Shown here piece by piece: positions 24,780-36,200 of a stretch of DNA of 64,000 nucleotides. The stretch covers positions 58,096,001 through 58,160,000 of the forward strand of contig CM052816.1 of the NCBI GenBank assembly GCA_028534125.1. Direction: 5' to 3'. The DNA comes from Lama glama (Eukaryota). The first letter of the stretch is position 1, and each line of letters starts with the position of its first letter. Below the pieces are notes generated by a model, which saw only the letters and a list, made by a program, of their open reading frames with translations, ran no database searches and was not told the DNA's origin. The translations under genes were made by a program, and so were the position numbers.

Positions 24780-26480
24780 TCTTTTTAAAAATTAAGCTAT
24801 ACTTTACATAGAGAAATGCACAGATCTTAAGTGTATGATGAGTTTTGACAAATGTATAACCCCAATTAATCTAAACCCTCATCAGGACTGAGAACATTTC
24901 CATCACTCCAAAATGTTCCATAAGGTCCCTTCCCAGTCAAGCCTCCCAGTCCTTCCCAGAGGCAACTGTTGTTTGGATTTATACCATCATAGATTAGATT
25001 GGACTTTATATAAATGAAATCGTAATACAGTCTGAACTCTGTGATGTCTGACTTCTTTTGTTCCACTTAAAATTTTTCAGATTCATCCATTTTCTTGCAG
25101 GTTTCAGTAACTTATTTCTTTTTATTGCTGAGCAGATTCCATTTATGAATGTTTGTCTCTTCTCCTGTTGGTAGACACTAGAGTTGATTCTGTTAATGTG
25201 CTTACTTACTTTAACTGATTGCCTAATAGTAAACCAACCTTGCCTTCCTGGAACAATCTCTCACTTGGTCTTGATGTAAGAATCCTCTTTGTATCTTGCT
25301 TGATTTAATTTGCTAATATTTTTAAGGATTTTTGCGTCTAGGTATAGGAGGGATATGGGTCTCTTTATAGTTAAGAGACTATAGTTATATAGTTAAAACT
25401 TTTGTTTATATGGTATCTTGTCAGCTTTCAGTATCAGAGTTATACTGATGTCATAAAGTCAGTTGTGAAGTATCTCCTTTTTTGCTCTATTCTGAAAGAC
25501 TATGTAGGATTGATATTATTTTCTATTTCAAAATGTTGGATAGAACTCACCAGTGAAACTATGTAGGCTGCAGTTTTCTTTGTGTGAAAATATTTTATTA
25601 TTAATTCAGTTTTCTTAATAGAGAGGTAGCTATTCAGATTTCATATTTCTTGTATTAGTTTTGTTAAGTTATATCTTTCAATATATTTATCTAGTTCATC
25701 TAAATTACCAAATTTATTGGCATTAAAATGCATTCATAATGTCTTCTTATTTTCTTTCACTGTCTATAGGAGCTGTAATGACATCCTCTCTCATTCCTGG
25801 TGTTGTTTATTTGTGTTTTCTCTCTTTTTCTTTGGCCCTTTTTGCTCTGGATTCATAAATTTCAAAAATCTTTTTTTGGGGGGAGGGTATAGCTCAATGG
25901 TAGAGTACATGCCTTAGCATGCATGAGGTCCTCGGTTCAATCCCCACTACCTCCATCAAAAGTAACTAAACAAATAAAAATAATTATCTCCCCACCCCCG
26001 CAAAATAAAAACAAATGGAATGAAAAAAATATTTTTTAACTTTTTCAATGAAACTGCTTTTGGCTTTCTGATTGTTGCCAATTATTTGTAGTCTTACTGT
26101 GTTACTGATTTCCACTCTTATCTTTATGTTTTTATAGTCTACTTATTTTGGTTTAATTTGCTCTTCTTTTCCTAGCTTTTTAGGCAAAATCCTAGATTGC
26201 TGACTTTGTGTCTTTCTTGTTCTCCAACATAAGCATTTAATGCCATAAATTTCTCTCTAAGTGTTTCTATAGCTGCATCCCACAAATTTTGACATGTCAT
26301 GCTCCCATTTACATTCATTTCAAAATATTTTCTAATTTCTCTTATGATTTCCTCTTTGATCCACAGACTATTTAGAAAATCTATGGCTAATTGTCCAAAA
26401 AATTGACAGTTTTTATAGATATATCTTTTTTGTTATTGATTTATAACTTAATTATGTTGTGGTGAAAGAATATACATACA
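24780..26480 (-). mobile_element. Old L1M (3' UTR plus deleted ORF2 portions)
   Basis: Antisense L1 3' end (aaatgcacagatcttaagtgt..., gagaacatttccatcactcca) and ORF2 (tagaactcaccagtgaaactat, tagctgcatcccacaaattttgacatg). Confidence 0.9.
25878..26024 (+). mobile_element. vic-1-type tRNA-Ala-derived SINE (camelid)
   Basis: The head gggggagggtatagctcaatggtagagtacatgccttagcatgcatgaggtcctcggttcaatccccactacctcca resembles tRNA-Ala(AGC). A-rich tail and TSD aaaaatctttttt / aaaaatatttttt. Confidence 0.85.
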
Positions 26481-27950
26481 ATCAACTGTGTACATGTGTC
26501 CATTATTCCAGTTCTGGGCTGGCGATGATGAAGGTTAGCTAATGTCAACTAACTGAATCATTTTGTTTCCTTTATTATTTGGTGGCTCTTCTGTTGGATG
26601 CTTTCTGGCAGGTGTTAAAGTGTGATGCAAAAATATTCACATATTGTTCCCACTCCCATGTGTCCAGGCACAAGCCTCCACTCCACACAGTTTTGTCTCT
26701 CATCTTCCTGTTTTCCTTCCTTGAATGTGAATATATTGCAGCACTGTCAGTTTTCAGCTTGCTTCCACATACTGAGTCAACTCAACTGTTCCTCAAGTTC
26801 AGGCTTTTTCCTCCTCCGTCAGCTAATCACATAGGATCCTCCCTATAGCCACAGGCATGAGCTGGGAGATAGGTGCTGCTGCAACTACAGTGAGGGACAT
26901 GGAAGTGTGGGCAACCTGCCCATGCAGTTAACTGTGCTTTCTGTCTTGCTTACACTTGAATCTAGAACATCTCCATGTTATAACAGGCCAATGCTGGGCC
27001 CGTCCAACTTTATGACTTGATAGATCTGATAGACCTCAGATCAGAATGTATAGTCCCAGGTACAGGGTCATTTGGTGGTCCAAGTAACCAAGCATTCTAT
27101 CTCTACCAGGGCCCAATATCATGCCAAGAGCTGTTTTTCAAAAGAGGTATATTTCTCTCCTGCAATTGTCAGAGCCTTGCCCCAGAATCCCAGAGGCCTA
27201 CATAGTCATTCTCTCACAGAGGCTTGCCATGAATTCCACACTGTATCTTTTCCCATCAGTGATACCTCCAATACCATAGGGCCTGTTAGACTGTGTGACT
27301 GACACAGCAGGACTGCTGGGACTTGCTGCAGAGCTCTTTCCTACTCTGGGCCCCACTCAAAGCCAGTGGCCTTCTGTGTCACCAGGTGTATGGGCCAGAG
27401 CAATATTCCTAGGTGCAGAATGGGTTGTCTCCAGAACCCAAAGCAGCCTCCCAGGCATTGTGCTTCCTTCTTTGTGGTAGAGAATGCAAGATGCTATCAT
27501 TTTCTTTTACTTTATTTTTCTTGGTGGAGATATCCTAGCACATCCCTGACCATTACACCCTAAAAACTTTACAGAAGTGTCAGGTTTCTGAATTGTCATA
27601 GGCTTTTCTTCCACTTTCTAGACCCTGTGGGTTTTAAATGGACTTCAATGCACTAGCTCTGCCTGCTCATTTTTCCTAATCAGTATGATGTAATAAATCA
27701 ATGTGGTATTCCTCAGGATGTCTAGACAGTCCAGATCTCTTTAGAATATATTAGGACAGAGAGTGGGAAAGTTAACAAAGCCCTAGGGCAAAACTGTAAA
27801 TGAATATTCATTGTCCATTCCATAAAAATACGAACTCTTTCTAATCTTTTCTGATCAGAATGGAAAAGAACACATTCACAAAAGCTATTGACTTTAAGCC
27901 ATATGTTTGAGGCCTTCTTAATCTGCTCTAGCAAGGATCCCCTAGTAAAG
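26480..27950 (-). pseudogene. LTR-less ERVL pol fragment (RT to RNase H)
   Basis: Minus-strand peptides SLLEQIKK, TSVKFLG, TTKKEAQCLGGCFGFWRQPILHLGILLWPIHLVTQKATGFEWGPE, RPLGFWARAL...YTSFEKQLLA*YWALVE and WEWEQYVNIFASHF parallel HERV-L pol. Confidence 0.9.
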
Positions 27951-27984
27951 CACAGAAACTACAATTAAGGTTCCTGCAGTCACA

Positions 27985-29576
27985 GAAGAACAAAAGAGAA
28001 ATGAGACAAATAGAAAAGAAATAGCAAAGAAGAACATCTAAATCCAAACATATTAATTATTACATTAATGTGAAAGTACTAATAATACTGTAGTCAAAAG
28101 ACACAGATTGACAGACTGGATAAGAAAGGGAGATCCAAGAATATATTGTCTAAGTTTTTTTCAGGGTGATAGAAATATTTTAAAGCTTGATAATGATGGC
28201 TGTAAAATGTATACATTTTCTCAAAACCAATCAAACTGAACACTTAACATTATAATGAATGTTACCACATATAAATTATACCTCAATAAAGATGTAAAAG
28301 AAAACATTAAAAAAGAGGACATGCTCCAACACATTCCATGAGTCTAGAATATCTATGATAACATATCTAGACAAGGAAAGAAAAAAGAAGATAGCAAGCC
28401 AGGAGAACTGATCAAAGTAGATGCAAAAATCCTAAACAAAATATTAAAGTGAATTCAGCAATGTCTAAAGAAAGATAAAACACTGCGACCAAGTTGGGTG
28501 TATCCCAAGACTATAAGGTTGGTTTAACGTTAAAAAGTTGGTTAAGGTAATCCATCATATTAATAAATTATGAGAAAATACATACGATCATCACAGGGGA
28601 TGCAGAAAGAGCATTTGATGAAACATAACACTCATTCAGCTTTAACAAGAAATATAACTCTTATTAAACTTGGAATAAAAAGAAATTCCCTAGACATAAG
28701 TTACAGTAAACAACATATTTAATGGTAGAATGCCCAAGATCATAAAAATCTGCTTTCACTACTCCTTTTCATCATTGGACTAGAGATCCTATCCATACAG
28801 ATGGAAAAGAAAAAAAAAAGTATAAAGATTTGAAAAGAATGTACAACTGTCACTGTTTGTAGGTGCTATGTTTGCTCACAAAGAAATCCTGAGAATCTGT
28901 ACATAAATTATTAGAATCAGTAGCAAAGTTGCTATATATAAAATCAACATTCAAAAATCAATGGCATTTCTATGCATTAGCCAAAATTTAAAATGTAGCT
29001 TACTTAGAGATGTTATTTACAATAACAACAGCAAAAAAAGAATTCCTAAAAAGAAATTTAAAAACTGATGTACATGCCCTTTTTGGGAAAAAAATTTTAC
29101 TTTAAAAAATTTACCGAAAGACAGAGAAGACCTAAATAAAGGAAGCAATATTCCATGTTATTGGATAGAAATATTCAGTGTCATAAAGATATTGTGTTGT
29201 ATTTTGCTTTCAAACAATATATATTTACTCTAGTTTAATAAAGAGGGCTCTTTACATTCTGGATAGTGTGTGGTAAAGTACATAAAACAATGCCCTTTTG
29301 CTAAAACTGGTATTATTTTCTTAACTCTCTTTGCAAAAGCTACATCCTTTTTTCTTTCTTATTGAACATCAAAGAACTTATCAAAGGCTCTAAAGTGTGA
29401 CCAAATCTCAGTTTTCCCAAAGAAAAATTGTACTTTTCCTAAGGAAAAAAAAATCTAGTAAAGATCATATATATATATATGGCTGTCCATTCTCTTGAAA
29501 AATTTATCAATAAAACCAATGCAAGTCCAATCAAACACCTAACTGGGTTCTTCATGAAACTTAACAACCTGATTTA

Positions 29577-29608
<32 letters not shown>

Positions 29609-30070
29609 CATATTCAAAGAGCAAAGACTAATGCTTCTGAAGAAGAACAAGGTGGAGCCAGGGGACCAGTATTACCCTCTAGAAAGATTTATTATAAAGG
29701 TATTGAAATTAAGACAGTATGGTATAGATGTAGGTATAGATGTAGGAATAGACAAACAGATGGCTTGGACAGACCAGAGAGCCTCAAAACAGACTCATGC
29801 ATATGTGGAATCTGGATTTATAACAGGCACTGCACATCAGCAGGGAAAGGATGAGCTGTTTAATAAATGGAGTTTCGATGGTTTTTCATTTAAAAAAATG
29901 GAATCTGATCCCTACCTCATATCATACACAGAAATCAGTTCCACTTAAATGTACATAGTACAATGAAAAGATTTTTCTAAGACAATATTGGAGAAAGTCC
30001 TTATGAACTCAGCATAGAGAATTATTTCTTAAATATGATGTGCAGAGTACAAACCAGAAAGGAAAACACA
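27985..30070 (+). mobile_element. Fragmented old L1M ORF2 with internal insertions
   Basis: Endonuclease start (attacattaatgtgaa...acagattgacagactggataag), RT (gatgcaaaaatcctaaacaaaatatta, gatgcagaaagagcatttgat) and downstream YYKGIEIKTVWY. An L1 3' end lies at ~28150-28310 and (TG)n at 29581-29608. Confidence 0.85.
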
Positions 30071-31519
30071 TTCCTCTTAGCACAGGCCTAGCAGTGCTCT
30101 GAGTGGCCTCTGGTGTCAAGGCCAACACCTCCTGCCACTTACCATTCATCAGACCCTAGAGCAGGGTGGTCCCGGCTCTGGGGAGGTTCTGAATGAACAA
30201 CAGAAAGACAGCTGCTTCCTTCTTCACAATCTCATAACAGGAGATTGGCTCCAGTTTCCCACAGGAAGAAAAAGTGCTCAAGAGGCTGGGAAAAACACCA
30301 GTTTAATTTAGAAAGCACCTTTGGAGAAACAAGTAATTAAGCTTTGAAATGCTGCTTCCCTGGTGTAACACCTGCCAGTCAGAGAGCACACTGTCTTTGA
30401 TTCAGAGCTAATGAAAATCAACAACAGTGTGTTTAGGGGAAGGGAAGGATGATGTGATGATGGATAATGCCCAAAGAAGGCATGTGAAATGGGCAGGAGG
30501 GAAGGCCGCCTACAAAAAGGATGCATCATAAGTGATCAAATCTCCATAGTGCAAAAAGGAGATGGGCATCTCACTCTGCACTACCCTGATGCTATAACAC
30601 AACAGTGGATGCCTCTCCAGCCCACCAGCTGGGAGGATCTGACTATCTTGGCCCACATGGGGCCAATCTTCAGGGAAGGCTCTGGTTCTATCTCCTTCCT
30701 GCTTCCCTGTGCTGAGGAAAGCAAGAAAGCTGTGTATAGGAACCAACACATTACAAGGAAGAAGGGGATCAGCTCTGAAAAAGAGAACAATCGGTTATCC
30801 TACCACTGCTTCTACCAGACTATTATTTGCCCTTGAAAATCCAGAGTTCTGCACTTAAGTAACAAAATAAATCTTTGCTGTTGGACAGACACCAAATTCA
30901 CTGGGATTATTTTCATCAAACCCTCTCAGTAAACTTTAACATTGCATCTGTTGTCTGGTAGACATTCTGAGCCAGTGTTAAGTCTTGTGGCCATTTTATA
31001 GTGCTATCAATTTGCCATCTGTCCCTGTTTTAAGACTAGCATATTTTTACCATGGCTCCAGCTCATCGTAATGAAGTTTTTGGAAGATTAGCAAAGCATT
31101 TCAGGCATTTAAACCTGCATGTGTGCTGTGGGGCAACGTATGGGACAACAATTCCAGCAGCTACAAGGGCATGTGCAATGATTATACTTATTCAATAGGT
31201 TTTATTTTTCACACTGCCTAAGCCACCCCTGTGATAAGCTAGACACCTCCACAGGCATTATAAATGCTAAACAGTACTTAGCTATTCTCAGTATGGTCCT
31301 TAGGCCCTCGTGCCTTTGTCTACACTGTGACTTCACCAGAACACGCCTCTCTCTGCCTGTTCAAGCTGTCATCCATTAGCTGACTGTATATTTTTCACCT
31401 GACATTTATAAAAGAGTGTCAGACTCTTTAAGCATTTAGGCTACACGATATAAAACAAATGTTCTTTGTCATGGAGAACCTGAATGCTTAGTGGAGAAGA
31501 ATGAAAGACAAACATACAT

Positions 31520-32240
31520 ACAGAGTGGTTAAGATACGGACTTTGGCATCAGATGTCATGGGATCAAATCCCATCTCTGACATCTCCTAGTTGTTAGTCT
31601 TGAATAAGTCACTTAATCTTTCTAAGCTTCAAAATTTTCATTTGTAAAACAGAGGCTCATTTATCTAACAAACATTTATTTAGGATCCGCTCTGTGCCCA
31701 GCAAAGGCTAAGGGCTAAGGCTCTAGCTCTGGACCAGGCAGACAAAATTGCTCCAGGGTGAAGCTGGTATTCAGATATTGACAAACGGATATTAAAAACA
31801 GATACATAACATGTCAGAAATGATAAGTGGTATGAAGAAAAATAGGGCAGGATGAGTCAACAGTGAGTGGAGGAGGCTGCTACGTTAGATGGTCTGGGAA
31901 TACCTGTCTGAGGAGATAGCACTGGGCAGAGATCTGGGTGAGTTTGCAGAGGGCTCACATGACAGTCTGGGAGGAGAGAAGCACGAGGCCCTGAGGTGGG
32001 AGCACCCCTAGTGTGGCCAAGCAACAGGAAGGGATCAGGGTGGCTGAGGTGTGAGCGAGGGAACGAGGGAGCAGGTAGGAGAGCTGAGGCTGGAGCCATG
32101 TCACACTGGGCTAGTAGACCGAGGGAAGAAAAATGTGAATTGGGGTCCATAATAGCAGTTTCCTTTAGGGTTGTTGTTTGGGTAAAGCAAGGTCATGAGC
32201 AGGCATGTGGCACTAAATAAGCACTTAGTATGTGCCAGTC
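31520..32240 (+). mobile_element. MIR split by an antisense L2 3' end (L2 ~31657-32130, minus strand)
   Basis: MIR 5' half ends ttttcatttgtaaaacagagg. The L2 tail follows (catttatctaacaaacatttattt). MIR resumes ataatagcagtttcctttagggttgttgt. Confidence 0.75.
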
Positions 32241-32479
32241 ATTACACCCATGGGAGGAGAACATCACAGAACCACGAGGGGAGCATCGGGAAAGCACAGC
32301 AGAGGGCTCTGAGGAAAGGCACCAAAATGAAACAAATGGTGCCCTCAAAGAGTTTACAATCTAGTAGGAGAAATCAGATGAGATTTCATATACACAACTG
32401 TGACAGATAACACATGGCATGGGCTGGGCCACTGAGAAAGCTCAGTCTTCTATATTTCATAAAAAAGCACCATGGTTTT

Positions 32480-32600
32480 CTTTTTCCCTGAAGATCTAGG
32501 AGAGCAGATGTGGACCTTTCTTCACTGCAATGTCCCTGAAGTCTAGCACAGTGCTTGGCACACAGTAGGTACTCAATCAATATCTGTCGAATGGTTATAT
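32480..32600 (+). mobile_element. L2 3' end
   Basis: ttcactgcaatgtccctgaagtctagcacagtgcttggcacacagtaggtactcaatcaatatctgtcgaatg. Confidence 0.8.
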
Positions 32601-35600
32601 ATGCTGATTTGATAATAGTAACCATACATGCAGAAACATTTTCAACTTATTGGCACTGACAATATTGTTTCTTAAACCTTCAGACACAAATAAAATGATT
32701 TTTTTACATATTCACAAGGCCAATTCACTGAATATTTAACTACGTCACTGGGATTATTAGAAACTGATGACAAAGAATCTCTTTAAGGCAGTAGACTAGT
32801 TATGAGGAAGTATCAGTTGCCCTCCAAAAGAGGATGGCCAGGTTTCTTGTGAAATAATCCACAGTATACCCTATGGTCCCTTAGCACTGGTGTCCTGATC
32901 TGATTTGCTTTGTCTGAGATCAAGATTCATAGAATAAAAGGATAGCAGAGGCCATCAGAGGTCATTCTGACCAGTACGTTTGTATTGAGAGTAATCAATG
33001 TGAAATTTTAAAAAACAAAACCAAAAACTCATCCTATACCATTTCCCAGCCCTACCCTGGCTAAGGACCACTGATCATAGATTAGACGCAGAGCAAGGGA
33101 TTAGTCTAGCTGCAGCTACAGGGCACAAAATGTCACCAAATCATCCAGTAGAGATACTATTCATTTCATTCCTCTATTGGTCAGAAGCAGCCACCAGGAG
33201 CCTCTTTGAGTATCCAGTAATGAGGGTCAGCGTACAGGGGGGTTGTGGAACTCAGGGTGAGGCATACTGTAAGTTTTCACATAGCTGGTAAAAACAGTTC
33301 TTTCCAAGCTAGGGGAGAAATTTCAGAAGCTAGCGAAAGGGGAGAAAACTAACCCAGTAAAGCCAGCATCAAAATGAGTTGCTAGGAAACAAGAAGATAC
33401 TGATACAGTGGGATCCTGGGAATCAAGGCTAGGTGAAATAGGAGACAGGAAGGAGAGGAAACAAAACATAAATGATGTCAGAAAAACATAAGAGGAATGC
33501 TTAAATTGTCAAGATGCCAAGCTCGTTTAAAAATTAATACCAAATAATTAAATGAAATGGGACATCTGGAAAAAGATGAGAAAACTGAGCAACAGAAATG
33601 GATGGAAAGTCAAGTTAAGCTAGTAGAGGCGTCTCCCATTGTACAAACATGCCAATTATCCTCACTTTTTCCTGAGCAGCCTGGCCCCTCCCTCACACCC
33701 ACAACTAGAGGTCCTGATAGTACTGCCATGGGAATTTTTGTGATAAACCTTAAAACCTTATGAATCTCTAAAATTGGTGTTCAGAAAGAAAAGAATATGA
33801 TATAACTATTTGAGAGAAGCTGAACTCCAAAGCAAAAGACCAGCCTGAACCTGAAATCTTTCCCACAATACTCCCCAAAGTTTTCTACTATGGAAAATAG
33901 CTGCTTACACTGCCTGAAATTCTACTGGTTCAAGTTGCATATGTATCACTATATAACCTCTTTTAAAAAGACATTAAAAAAAACCCCTCAGGATATTATT
34001 AGAGATATTAGCTAGTCATTCACCCATTAGTATAAATTACTAATAAGTTACTAATGAAGTTTGTCCATTTGTCTTTCTAACTTCTTTTTGAGATCATTTG
34101 CCTAAGGAAAAGGAAGTTTCAATTAAGGATGAAAGTCAGTATATAATTCTATATTTCTTCATGTCTTTTGTTCTACTTTATATTACTGCTACTTCTAAAA
34201 AGGATTTGAGGTAGTAAATATTATTGGTTTCTAAGAATTTTATGAAATAAGATAGACTGCTTTTGCTCTCCCCTCTCCCTTTCCCTCCCATACACACATA
34301 AAACAGTGATGCTGTCTATAGTTGAAGATATAGTTGGAACATGGTTGGGGTGAGTGGGTTAGAAACATTAAATTCAAGTGATCTCTGATAACATTAAATT
34401 GTTTCCTGCTAGTTAAACTACAAAAATCTAATTGTTGGATCACAACAGAGAGAGTGATGCGACATCAACTTTAAAGAATCAGAGTGGCTCCCAGTACTAC
34501 CAATTTTGGCTCTAATCTGCAAGAAGAAATCGCCACAGTTAGAGCAAGAATGTATCTAGCAAAAGACCCAGATGCTTAGGAAAGGGGGAGTGAAAAAAGC
34601 AAGCCCTGGATCTTGATTACATGTGCTATAACCAGAGGAGAAAACAGCGGGGCCTAAAGATGTCCTGTCCAGTCTTGTGACAGTTGATGCCCTGATCTAA
34701 GTGAGGCTCAGCACATAGCTTTCTGATTGTTCTCTAGGTTCTTTTGCAGATTTGATATCAAGGAGGGAACTGGTAGCAACTTGTGGCACTGGTAGCAACA
34801 TGCTTATCCAGGGACTTGATAACCAGCAATGTTATTCTGGTTGGTACATCAAGCTGGTATAAGTTTGTTTAATGGGGGTCATACCCTGAATTCTAATCCT
34901 TTCTGGCTCTAAGGCCACAAGAGACTGCATGTAGAAGAACTGGTTATTATGAACTATGGACCAGGATTAGAAGTATATTAATAACGGAGGGTGAAAAAAA
35001 TCTCCCTTCTATTCCCATTTCTCCTCCTATCTCCTCCACCCCACTGTATACCCTCTCCAGTACCACACAGATACTCTGTTCCTAGACCCCTAATTTGCAT
35101 TGTACCTAAGCTTCATGGTGGATAAAATGGCTTCAGGTGGATATCTTGAGCTGCCCCCCACCTCCATCCAACACCACCATTGTATCTATGAGAAAAAAAC
35201 ATTAATTCCAATAGCTGATTCTCAAATGAGTTTTGGACCATGACCCAGCAATAACTTGGGTACATACTGTTCCTGTAAATTGGTCTTTCTAGCCATCGTC
35301 TGGAAGCTGGCTGGGAAATGCACTTAGTAAATCACTCCCAGTGGTTTGGGGAAGGACAGAGAAGATTCTAGAAGAGATGAGTCAGGCTAGGGGATGGATA
35401 GCATGGGGGGGAAAGGAATAAAGAGCCAAGCAATATTCTGAAAATGGAATTTCTATCCAGGCAGAAATAACTGTCTGATCAGGCCTAGCTAGAGACTTTC
35501 TGAAATGATAAAGCAAATATTAACAGAGAAATCTTTTAAAGCCTTTCAATGAAGATTACATTCTTGTTGGTGATCAGCCAGTGGGTTTATAAATAACACG

Positions 35601-36059
35601 CTCTGCCAGGCAATCTTGATCAGGCCTTATTCTCCCCTCCAGAGCTGCAAATTGAAGTTTTATGTCTCACAAGAATGCAGCATCTGATGCAGTGCCCCAC
35701 CTAACTGCTCTTGCCCAATGGCTTGAGATGAACATGATGACATCACACTGATTCTAAAAAACTCAAAAGGACAATGGTCAGCTTACTTCCAAGTCTCTAA
35801 ATGGAAGTGGTGGGCTGGGGTGGGAACAGCCCATACTCAGCAGGCTGCCTCTCACCTAGCTAGTGTGTAACTTTAACTGTATGCGCTTCACTTTGGCAGG
35901 TGTGGGAGGGGTCTGAGGTGAAGCCAAAGCTATCAAAAGAGACAGAAGTCAGCACAGTGTAGGTGCCACAATCCTTCTATCCTGAAATTAAGCACATGGC
36001 TCCTTCCCAAGGGGTTCAGAACAGCAGTTCTATCAGAGTGCCACGATTCCACATACGGA

Positions 36060-36200
36060 AAGCTGCATTTATTCAACAAACATATATTGGCTATCCACCA
36101 TGTTCCAGGTACTACTGGTCTAGGAGAGGCAACAGAAGGTCAGGTGCAATCTTGTAGGAAAGGGGAATATGCTCAAGGAGCTTCAAAAGTAAAGAGGACA
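36060..36200 (-). mobile_element. L2 3' end
   Basis: catttattcaacaaacatatattggctatccaccatgttccaggtact. Confidence 0.65.

Noticed and set aside
25878..25955. Possible tRNA-Ala(AGC) gene
   Set aside because: Extra bases disrupt the stems, and it has a SINE tail and TSD and sits inside an L1.
30489..30836. Overlapping ORFs and a minus-strand acceptor-like site near 30775
   Set aside because: No known protein match and no convincing paired donor.
34720..34865. Exon-like segment (ttcttttgcag...ctg|gtataag)
   Set aside because: Weak donor, and the single open frame is unrecognisable.
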